Below, one piece after another: positions 23,601 through 35,600 of a stretch of 64,000 bases of DNA (positions are counted from its first letter, which is position 1; each line of letters begins with the position of its first letter). This DNA is from Styela clava (Eukaryota), in the NCBI RefSeq assembly GCF_964204865.1, contig NC_135261.1:9982001-10046000 (forward strand). The letters are read 5' to 3'. The translations under genes and the position numbers were made by a program. The notes below the pieces were generated by a model that saw only the letters and a list, made by a program, of their open reading frames with translations, was not told the DNA's origin and made no database searches.

Positions 23601-26600
23601 GTCTTGAATTCAATTGACTTTCAACTTCACAAAATATAGTAGACAACGCTTCATCAGTAACCAATTGATCATGCAATAATGCAGTCAATATCTTTCTTGC
23701 TGATCTGATGAGTCTTTCATAGAAACCTCCAAAGTGTGAAGCTGTGGGAGGATTGAACTTGAATATGATATCACTTTGTCTGCAAAATTCTCCCATTTTA
23801 CTGGAATTCCAAATTTGAATTTCTTTCTTCAATACTTTATTTCCAGCTGTAAAATTGCTCCCATTATCACAAATAATGGTTGACATCTTGCCTCTTCTGG
23901 CAATGAATCTTCTTAATCCATTAATAAATGAATTGACATCCATACTATGCACAATTTCCAAATGCACTGCTCTAGTTGTTGCACAGGTTATTATCAAGCC
24001 CCATCTCTTCACAGAACTTCTTCCTTGCTTCACCAACAACGGTCCGAAGTTGTCAACTCCAACACATGTGAATGGTGGTTGATCTGGTGTCACACGCTCT
24101 TTAGGTAGGTCAGCCATAAATTGCTTACCCATCGAAGCATTTCTCTTTTTGCAAAAAATGCAATTACGAATATTTCGCTTTACAACAACAGCTCCATTGA
24201 TAATCCAGAACTTCTGTCTCAGCAAATTCCACGTATGACTTGCTCCACAATGATGTGAACTTTTATGGTATTCTCTGACAATCAACTGTGTGATGTGATG
24301 GTTACTTGGCAGTATTATTGGATGTTTCAAATCAAATTCTATGGGTGCGTTTTGCAATCTTCCACCCACTCTCAATATTCCATTAATTAAAACAGGATTC
24401 AACTTTTGCATTGAAGGTGCAATTTTCAAATTTCTAAGCACACTTTTTCCTTGTACATCAGAATTTTGTAACTTTGCAATAACTTTATTCAACTCACAAT
24501 TTTGTAAATACTTTATCAGCTCATTTTCGGATCTTCTCAACTCTTCTGTTTGCAATTCACCCTTTTGAACAGTTGGTTTAGCTTGTAAATAAATTTTGAA
24601 TCTGATAATCCATGCTGTAGCTTTCTTCAACTTATACCATGAAGAATAATAGTTGATGAACTTGTCCAATGGTTCATTCTCTGTCACTAGATTAATTAGG
24701 ACATTCATTGGCTTTTTCTGAATAAATTCCAATGGTAAATGTGGTAACTTAACTGGCATTTGTGGCCAGTTCTCTTCATTCTGGTAGAGAAATTCTGGTC
24801 CTTGTAACCATGATTTCTTTGCAATCAATTTCTTTGCTGTCATTCCACGGGATGCATAATCCGCTGGGTTCAATTCACTTGGAACATAACGCCATTGATG
24901 TGGCTCTGAACCTTCTTCAATTTTTGCTAATCGGTTAGCTATGAAAGTAGGAAATCTTTTCGACGAATTGTAAATTGATTGGATAGTAGCTGTGCTATCA
25001 CTCCAGAATATAGACTTAACATTCTTCTCAAATTTTAATTGACGTCTTAAAAACATATCCACTCGCACACAAAGCGCAGCAGCTGTAATTTCCAGCCGTG
25101 GAAGTGAACATATTGTCTTGATAGGACACAATCTTGATTTTCCAAGTAAAAATGAACAGTGTATTTGACCGTTTTCATCTGATAACCTCAAATATGAAAC
25201 TGATCCATAGGCAACTTGTGATGCATCGCCAAAATGATGTAATTCTTGTGAAACAATAACCCCAAATGAATTCGGTTTAATGTATCTTGGTAATTTGACT
25301 TCTGATAATTCTGGAATTGCTTTAGTCCAGCTTTCCCATGCTATTTGTTCATTTTCTCCGATAGTTTCATCCCATCCCAATTGTTGGCGACATAACTCTT
25401 GGAATATAAGTCTTGCTTGCAATATCACAGGTGATACAATACCCATGGGATCGAATACGGAACTTAAAATTGCTAGAACTCCTCTTTTCGTATCAGGTTT
25501 TGGCTTCAGCTTTGTATTGAATCCAAAGCAATCTTCTACCACGAACCACACAACTCCCAAAACTCGTTCAACACGATTTGGGTCTAAATTTACGTTCGCT
25601 TGAATTTGTGCTCTATCCTTTTCTGGAACACAAGAAATAATTTCTTCTGAATTACTCCTCCATTTGTTTAAATGAAAACCTCCACATTCAGTAAGTTCTG
25701 AGGTTTGCTTGACAATTCTCTTCCCTTCAGATATACTATCTGCTCCAAGTAGGAAGTCATCTATATATGAATTATCTTTGATATTGTCACTTATATCTGA
25801 TGGGAAGTCTTTTCCAAAATCCTCTGCAGTTCTCCTTAAACAGTAATTTGCACAAAATGGACTTGATGTATTTCCAAAACAATGCACTAACATCTGATGA
25901 TCGACAGGAGTTTTTGTCAAATCTCCATCAGGCCAAAATAGGAATCTCAATGCATCAACATCCCTAGGCGTTACACGAGCTTGTAAGAACATAGCCTCTA
26001 TATCTGCAGTTATACCATATTTGTACATTCTGAAACGTAGCAAAACAGATAACAATCCATTTGCCATATCTGGACCTTGCAGTAATTGATCATTCAGTGA
26101 TGTGTTCAAATATCTTGCACCTGCATCAAATACCAGGCGTACTTTACCAGGTTTCTGTTCTGATGTAACGGGTTGATGAGGAAGATACCACGCTTTACCA
26201 ATGGGTGCTTCAAATTCAGCAGCAGGAATTTTCCTTGCCAATCCTTTCTTTATAAATTCCGCCATGGTACTGCAATATTTGTCCCTTAAAACATCATTCC
26301 TCAACAAGCGTTTTCCCAAATTGTTGGTTCTTCTCATAACTGCATCACGATTATTAGGAAATTCAGGACATCCTGGTTTCCATGGTAACGAAGATTGGTA
26401 ATGTCCATCCACCATTTTTATATTATCTTCCATCAGTTGTAATGCATACTTATCTTCTCTTGACAATGTTGGTGTGGGAGTCAATGATATATCTTTAAAA
26501 TCCGTTTCCCACATCTCTCGAATTTGTTGTTGAAGATCTTCTCTTTTCACTTCAGCAAGATTTACTTGTACATGAAAACTTTCATTCCGAGAAGCTTTAT

Positions 26601-29600
26601 TAAAGGCAGGCCCGACCAGTGACCAACCAAGAATACTTCTTTTTGCAACTGGTTCATTTGTAGTACCACGCCTTTCATTTTTTTTTTTTTTACCCAGAAT
26701 ACTTCAGGTACGTACATTCACGCCAATCATGAGCATCACTCTTTCATCTGGTAATTTTGGAAATTCAATACCCTCGAGATATTCATGCCTTTGTAATTCA
26801 ATCCTTTTAGGTAATTTATTTGGTACTGTCGGAATTTCATCCACAGTGAGCACACGATGTAATGTCACACAACCTTCCCCTTTCAGTGGTTTAACAGTTA
26901 AGTCAAGAGCGAATCCATCTTGTTTCTGTGGATTCGGTGTGTTTACAGTAGTAATGGAATAACTCATTGGTTCACCATCCATCTCTAAAAGTTCCATCAA
27001 TCTTTTATCACATAGACAAGAGGTGCTTCCCTCGTCTAGGAAACAGTATACTTCAATTTCTCTACCTTGAGGTGAGGATACTTTCACTGGAACTATATTC
27101 AAGTATACTCCAGCTGAATTTCTGGTATAGTTTGTTAAGGTCGATCCCGATGTAGCAGTTTGAGTAGCGGAACTTGTACTTTGCTCTTTTCGCTTAGTAT
27201 CTGCAACATTTCGATGAAGCATTCTATGATGTCTGCCACCACATCCTCTCTCAGTACATGCAGGATTCTTACGACATTGCCGTGCCATATGACCAATGTA
27301 TAAACAGTTTCTGCAAATATGAAATTCACGAATTGTAGCCTCGCGTTCACTTGCAGATTTTCTTTCAAACTCTGGACAATGAATAAGAAAATGATCTTTT
27401 GAACAGATAACACATCTGTATCTATTTCTCACAAATGTACCTTTTTTCTCGGTAGATTGTTCAGGTTTGCCATCACCACTTGTTGAAGTAGAATTTGCAT
27501 AAATTCTCTTCTTTTGAGGGTGTTTAGCCTTTTCCCTCTCTTTATGAGCTCTCATAGCTTTGCCCATCGATGATTGTGCCGTAATTGCTGCTTTCTTGAC
27601 AAACTTTAAAAGATGTTCAAATTTTAGTTCAATGTTTCTATTCTCATAATCTGCTGCCTCTTCTTCCCATTTATTATGGTACTTCAGGGGTAATCTACAT
27701 GAAAGTTGCGCAATATTGTCAAAATTATTTAGATCTGAATATTGCTTCCAATGCGACAGCGTTAGGTAACATTCTTCCATTTTATGAGAAAGATCCAGAA
27801 GACTATCTCGATCATCTGGTTTCAACATTGGACCATGTACCAACTCTTCCATATAAGTTCTGGCAATCAACAATGGTCTTCCGTAAGCTTCTCTTAGAAG
27901 TCTCTTTGCTAAAGTCAATCCTTCTGTAGGAGGATATACAGAACATTGACGAATCAATTCTCTTGCTTTACCTTTGCAAAACTGTTGCAAGTAAGTAAGT
28001 CTCAGATTGTCATCTGAAATCTTGTTCTCAATATTTATCCTGAAACTATTCATGAATCTTGTATATTCTTCATGAGAACCATGAAACGAAAGTAATTCTG
28101 GTTTAGGTAAATCTACCATGTCACGCATTGTAGATGTCATAGTAGCAAGAATTGAGCCAACATCTTGTGATGGCATATTAGGTACTTCTACAGGACTCAC
28201 CAAATTAGCCTGTCTCATTCCACCTTGTCTAGTTCGAAATTCTTGATTAACGGGATTCATCACTTCCGCTACCACTTCCTGGACCGGATCCAGGGATAAT
28301 CTAACTTGTGGCTCTCTAGGAGGCACAATACAATTGGTTTGACCCACTTGAGGTGTGTTTACTTCAGCCCGTGCTGCTTCACATTCTACCAATTGTGCTA
28401 TCGGTGGTCCAGAATCTATTTCTTGAAACTGTACCCTTTCATTGCGATTAGAGCTTCTTTCCCACACTTCAGCCTCTACACATGCGGCTTGATATTCGTG
28501 TATAGCTTGTAATCGCCTTATTTCTCTCTCCGATGCTGATTTTATTTCTTGAGCTTTTCGCTTCTTTTCTTCAGCTCGCTGATTCATTTCTTCAGCTTGC
28601 TGGTTTATTTCTTCAGTATTTCGTTCAGCCTGTTCCAACTCTGACAGTTGCTTCATTTTCAATTTTGCAAGTTCTCTGACAGCTATTGCCTCAGTTCTCT
28701 TGTAACTGGAACTTGTACTTTTGTAACTCGATGCTGTCCTTGCAGATCGAGGTCTTGACATATTAGATGATTTTCTACTAGCTATAGATTGTGGTTTTGA
28801 TGGAGGATTCTCAACGATTTGTGTGCTTTCTTGTCTGGAAAGCCACTCTTCAACATGTGCTTTGAACTCTTCATATCCATAACTTCCTCTCTGGAAAGAT
28901 TCTTTAGCTACTCTTTGAGCCTCTTCATCTACTGGCAGTTCTGCAACATGTACTTCATAAGCTTTAGAATACTCCACAAACATTGCATCTATTTCTTTTA
29001 CTTGGGAGTGTAGAATCTCCTTATTTCTTGGATTCAACATCAATTCTTCTGCTGATCTATACTGACCATTCAGATCAGCCAATAAACGTTCCAGTTCTTC
29101 TTGTGAAACTGGTTTTGCAGCCATTTCGACTTTTAAGTGACTTTCTTCACTCAATCTAGGATCAATTGAAAAGTTTGATATCTTTCAATTGCTGCTTACA
29201 ATACTCTGGTTTGATTTCGAAATAGAAAACTTCAGTTTTCCTTCATTCGAAAACTTTATTGTTGCGCTCGATTCTATGTAGCCTGGTTACTTCTCACGCA
29301 CATTAAGAGATTGGAGACTTCAAAAACGCGTCCCAGTACCCCAGTCCTGACCCCAAACCTATATCGGTTAATTGTTACAACTAGTCCGTGCTTTCAAGCA
29401 ATTAAAGTCTGTAAACAGCGGTTAAAGTGCCGCCAGATTCTTCTGTGCCTTTCAAGTGCTGCCCCAATATAATTCAACTTGAAATCGGTGAATATCTTTA
29501 ATAACAATCAACAGACACTTCAAATCAAATCTCGAACATGAATCAGGAAATTAGAACTTGTCGGGTACCGGAAACGGAACGTTGTTAATGGAACGTAACG

Positions 29601-32600
29601 TAACTCTTGATACCGGGTATGAGGAACGTAAAGGAACGTTGTTAATGGAACGCAAAGGAACGGTTTTCTGCCAAAATAATAGATAAAACTAAATAGCTTA
29701 TATGGCACAATTAATCGAATATAACAGTATTACCATTTTTACAAGCAATAACAATTCACATTAATTAGCAGATAACCATATGTCACAATTATGTACAGAT
29801 TAAATCACATAGGATAAAATAGTATTCACAATACCAAATACAGAATAAATCATACAAGATAAAACAATATTTACATACCGAATGTTTAGGATCTCCAGGC
29901 AACTCAATTCAACAAATTATAATCCAAAGTAAATACAAATTAACTTATGTGACTAAATACAAGAAACAGCATTTATCAGGGTCTCCCTAAAACCAGGCAC
30001 TTGCGAATTCAGGCACTTTTTCAGGCACCATTTCAGGCACTTTGATATTTTTTTATTTTTACCGTACGTCATTGGGGTTTCCAATTTACCTGACAAGATA
30101 ATTAGACTTTAAATAATTTTTTACATCCCTATATTGCAATAAAACAATATTATTTCCAATTTATTAGAGTATAAATAATTTTTCAATATTAAAATGTGGC
30201 AACATTGATTACAAAATACAGAAATCAGGCACTTGTGAAATTTCAGGCACTTGGTCAAAACCTATCTTACAATGTATCTGATTACTCTAAAGCAGAAAAT
30301 TAAATATATACACTTTGTATGGTTGAATTTACAACATTTTGGTAAAATACAATACCGTTTGTGACTGATGGAGACGTGTCATATTTCGCAAGTGCCTGAT
30401 TTTTTATTTTTCTCGGTGACAGTTGCCATATTTTTTCGCAATTATTTTCTTAAATTATTTGCGTCAGCACTTACTATTCTTTGCTTTCTAACGCAAATTC
30501 ATTGTTCCACAACAATTTGAGCGTTTTTAATATTGCAATGAGCATTACCATTTGACAACATATGGTCAACCATCGTACTTTCTGGATTTATTTGAAATTG
30601 AATATGAATAATAAAATCTGGCAACCTTAAGCACAAAATACTAAAACCAGGCACTTGTGAAATTTCAGGCACTTCGTAAAAATCTATTTCTCGATGTTTT
30701 TACTTACTTTGAAGCAGAAAACTAAAATATACACTCTTTTGTATGATTTAAATGACGTCTTTTTGGTAAAAAGCAAGAACGATTGGGACTGGTGATGAGG
30801 GGTCAAATTTCGCAAGTGCCTGATTTTTCATTTTTTTCGATAACAGTTGCCATATATTTTCGCAACAATTTTTCTAAATTATTTGAGTCAGAACTTACTA
30901 ATCATTGCTTTTTAAAATAAATTCCTAGTTGTACAACAATTTCAGCGTTTTTAAAATGAGCAATATTATTTGACAACATATAATTAACCATCGTACTTTT
31001 TGAATTTATTTGAAATTGAATAGGAATGATAAAATCTGGCAACCGCAAACACAAAATACTAAAACCAGGCACTTGTGAAATTTCAGGCACTCTGTAAAAA
31101 CCTATTTCTCGATGTTTTTACTTACTTTGAAGCAGCAAACAAAAATATACACTCTTTTGTATGATTGAAATGACGTCTTTTTTGGTAAAAAAGAAAAACG
31201 ACTGGGACTTGTGATGAGGGGTCAAATTTCGCAAGTGCCTGATTTTTCATTTTTTTCGATTACAGTTGCCATATATTTTTGCAATACTTTTCATAAAATC
31301 ATTTTCGTCAGAACTTAGTACTTACTATACTTTGCTTTCTCGGTAAAATGTTTTTAAGACAATCCGATGAATATTGAGTGCTATTCTTATTGCTAATTTC
31401 AATTCGACGTCTGCCCGAAGATGGTGCAAGTATTTATATTTGAAGTGAGTAAATAGCTCTTCAAAACGCCCAAATGGAAGATTGAACAAGGCGGAGTCAA
31501 CAAAAATTCAATCACATTTGGAACGTTGTCGCACTGCATCGTCGCCACTCATATACTCTGACATTCCGATGCATGAATTTTGCTTTCTGGAAAATAATAA
31601 TTGGAGTGTCTGTTAAAGTGCGAACTGTATACGGGAGCACGTACAATACCAATGCTGCGTTTGCAAGCGTTGGTATCATGATACATGTGAGAAAGTATCG
31701 AAAGCGAAATTGTGGAAGTGTAAAATTTGTATTCGGTAAGTCGGTGTTGCAAATGTGGGTTATTTCAGGGCGCTCCCGTAGTAGCCTATGTGCTCCAAGA
31801 TGGCGCACAACCTAATACCTCTATCTTGGTACACATACTATGTTCGGGTTGTGTGCCAACTTTGTGCACATACTACGGGAGCACCATTTTCTGCACAACC
31901 TATTCTGATGCTCATTCGCGACATGAAGAAACTATACGCCCGACATATAAAAGTAGGAAAATATACACAAAACCTTTTCATGTTTAATTTCAGAACTGAC
32001 ATTTAAAATTTTCAATTCTTAGATCTGTGGTTTTACCTGATTGCAAGATACGTAAATCATATCATGTCAAAATAGAACAAATAGTAAGGATTTTCATTGG
32101 ATACTCAATATTTCTAATAATTTTCAAACTGAAAGCTTCGATTAGTGTTCACTCATACACTTCCTTTGTGAAGTGTTTTTAATGTTTTATCTCCTTAATA
32201 AATTTAAATTCAAATTTATATCCCCAATTACTGATGAAGAAAGATCTATAATCGAGAGTTCAATACGGCTTCTGTGACATTAAAAACATTTACTGTTTTA
32301 CGTTTTTATATATTTGCAACTTTTTGAATAACGCAAAAAAATTCGTTGACTGACTACTGGCGTGTTGAATATTGAAGGATTTTTATTGTAACATTCGTTT
32401 AACGATGCTTTTAAGCCTAACTTTGGGCATATCAGCTACCTGATGTCATTCGCCGAGCGAATTTTGTTTAGGTGACATTGCCATTTCGTATTTACCATCC
32501 TGTAGCCATTCTTCCTATTTAGGAACTACGTGTTTTACAGTTAGCTGTTACAGCATGAAATAATGTACAAATAATTCTACGTAAACTATCCATGAAATCC

Positions 32601-35600
32601 ATTCCATAAACTATCCATGAAAAGATATTACAGTCAGATCCTCAGGTTGTAAAGAATATTATACAACAGCAACAGCAAGTGATTGAATATCTTAATTGTA
32701 GCCGTGGTTGAACACCGCTGGTTGTCAATATAGATTTTGCACAGGCTTTTATACATTTTGTGAACGGTAAATTATGTTCTATTAGGGGATAATGTGACTT
32801 GGATACGTATTATAAAAGATTCTATACGACATAAGTCAATTGTTTCTGCTATGTAGTTTATATGAAGTCATAGGCCAAATTACATTATTGAAATCGTCGT
32901 CCGATAACAATTAAAACTGGAATTTCGAACTAATATTTTGCCAGAAGACAAATTAGGTTGTTTATAACGATGCGATTGCTACTACCTGGGTAATATATTA
33001 CGTCGAAATGTTTATAACAAATTAGAAGAAGTTTTGAACCAATTTCAAGGGTTCCGAACATTACTATAAAGATGTCGTCTGAATAACTAATATTCCCTAC
33101 AGATCTGTCAAATTTAAACCCGTATTTAAATAATACATATGTCATACTTTTGAATTAATAAAAATAAACAACACAATGTCATTCAAACTTTACAATATTC
33201 AAATAGTTTTGCAAAAGCGTGATCGGTTTAATTAAATACCGATTTCCGGATGTAGATACTGATGTTAAAAGTTTAATTCCATTTATGCTAAGTGGAGCTC
33301 TCATACAAACATTGACTTTTATAAAAAAACGCAATAGGGAAACAACATATAAAAAAAAAGACAAAAATTATAGAGATATGGCAACTACCATTGACAAAAC
33401 CAAAAAATCAGGCACTTGCTAAATTTGCCACATTCCTACCAGTGACAGTTCTTCTTGTTTTGGACAATAAAAATACCAAATTCAGTCATACAAAATATGT
33501 ATATTTGGATATTCGGCTTTAAAGTAATCAAAAACATCGGGAAATGGTTTTTTACAAAGTGCCTGAAATTTCACAAGTGCCCGATTTTAGTATTTTGTGC
33601 TTGCGGTTGCCAGATTTTATCGTTCCTATTCAATTTCAAATAAATCCAAAAAATACCACGGTTATCTATATGTTGTCAAATAATATTGCTCATTGTAAAA
33701 ACGCTGAAATTGTTGTAGAACTAGGAATTTATTTTAAAAAGCAACGATTAGTAAGTTCTGACGCAAATAATTTAGAAAAATTGTTGCAAAAATTTATGGC
33801 AACCGTTATCGAAAAAAATGAAAAATCAGGCACTTGCGAAATTTGACCCCTCATCACCAGTCCCAATCGTTTTTGTTTTTTACCAAAAAGACGTCATTTC
33901 AATCATACAAAAGAGTGTATATATTAGTTTTCTGCTTCAAAGTAAGTAAAAACATCGAGAAATATGTATTTACGAAATGCCTGGTTTTAGTATTTTGTGC
34001 TTGAGGTTGCCAGATTTTATTATTCATATTCAATTTCAAATAAATCCAGAAAGTACGATGGTTGACCATATGTTGTCAAATGGTATTGCTCATTGCAATA
34101 TTGAAAACGCTCAAATCTTTGTGGAACAATGAATTTGCGTTAGAAAGCAAAGAATAGTAAGTGCTGACGCAAATAATTTAAGAAAATAATTGCGAAAAAA
34201 TATGGCAACTGTCACCGAGAAAAATGAAAAATCAGGCACTTGCGAAATATGACACGTCTTCATCAGTCACAAACTGTATTGTATTTTACCAAAATGTTGT
34301 AAATTCAACCATACAAAGTGTATATATTTAATTTTCTGCTTTAGAGTAATCAGATACATTGTAAAATAGGTTATGACCAAGTGCCTGAAATTTCACAAGT
34401 GCCTAATTTCTATATTTTGTAATCAATGTTGCCACATTTTACTATTGAAAAATTATTTATACCCTAATAAATTGGAAATAATATTGTTTTATTGCAATAT
34501 AGGGATGCAAAAAATTATTTAAAGTCTAATTATCTTGTCAGTTAAATTGGAAAGCCCAATGACGTAAGGTAAAAATAAAAAATATCAAAGTGCCTGAAAT
34601 GGTGCCTGAAAAAGTGCCTGAATTCGCAAGTGCCTGGTTTTAGGGAGACCCATTTATCATTCTATTTGGACTATATTACAACCCTAACCTGTATCCCTAC
34701 ATTATATTACAACTCCAGTATAAACCGTTGATTTTAAACCCAATTAATAACTTCAATTCGAATCGTTTATCCTAACCGCGAATAGTAAACCCAATATTAA
34801 ACACGATGAACAACTACTAGCGCAATAGATTACACTGGATACAAGACAGAAGATGCCAACTCATCGAAGCAGCGTGACGATAATTTAGAATTCCCGGGAT
34901 TAATCGAGAAACAGGACTCTGTCGCAATAATGCTGCGTCGATACGTTTGCAACGTCTGCGTAACAACGTAAAACGTCATCAAATTAGAAACACGTTATGA
35001 TTCTCGCTAACAATGTTGGTGTGAAGATAAAACTATTAGAACTCAAATCTTTACCCAGGGAAACCGCCAAAACTTTTACTGAATACTTGCTCTCTTTGCT
35101 CTCAGCCGTTTTGACGATTATATTTTTTAAACTAAATTATATTATAACCTAACAAGTATATAATTCACAACTACTCGTTTAATGAGCCTATAATTTAATT
35201 ATAATTAGACAAATGGCAACAAAACGCAGAAAAATGATGCGAAGTGCAAAGGGTTCAATGGCGCTGAAAATATTCAAATGCAATTTTTTGCGATGCAATG
35301 AGGAAATAAATCTATATTCTATTCGAAAGATGTATTACTGCTTGATTTTTATTATAAAAAGTATCATTCGTTCGGTTTCAGCTTTCTAAAAATATGTACG
35401 GCTCGCCAATGACTCACAACCCTTAATTTTGTCCCGCGAACGACAAAAGGTTGCCGACCCCTGCCGTAGATGTCAGAGGTGAAGCTAAATTTGAAGGAAA
35501 AAGGGTGAAGAATGTTAATTCCGTCGCAATCACTTGTACTTCTGGAATCCTTGGAACGCTTTGGCGAAATCGATGTAACTGTATTTAAAAAGAATGTTTG

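Larger units (their letters stand above)
22007..35012 (-). mobile_element. Full-length BEL/Pao LTR retrotransposon (~8.3 kb native), very young
   Basis: TGTT...AACA LTRs of 1072 bp: 3' LTR at 22007-23078; 5' LTR at 29260-35012, split by a foldback insertion. 5-bp TSD ATGTT (22002-22006, 35013-35017). PPT TGGGGCGGGGAA on the minus strand (23079-23090). I see about five substitutions between the LTRs. Confidence 0.97.

Noticed and set aside
23243-29013. Plus-strand ORFs overlapping gag/pol
   Set aside because: Short antisense shadows of the long minus-strand ORFs, with no motifs.
29979-31290. Repeated CAGGCACTT motifs as a CRISPR-like repeat-spacer array
   Set aside because: The intervening sequences are themselves repeated rather than unique spacers. 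The structure is mirrored as TIR arms with a TSD in a eukaryotic intron, and there are no cas genes.
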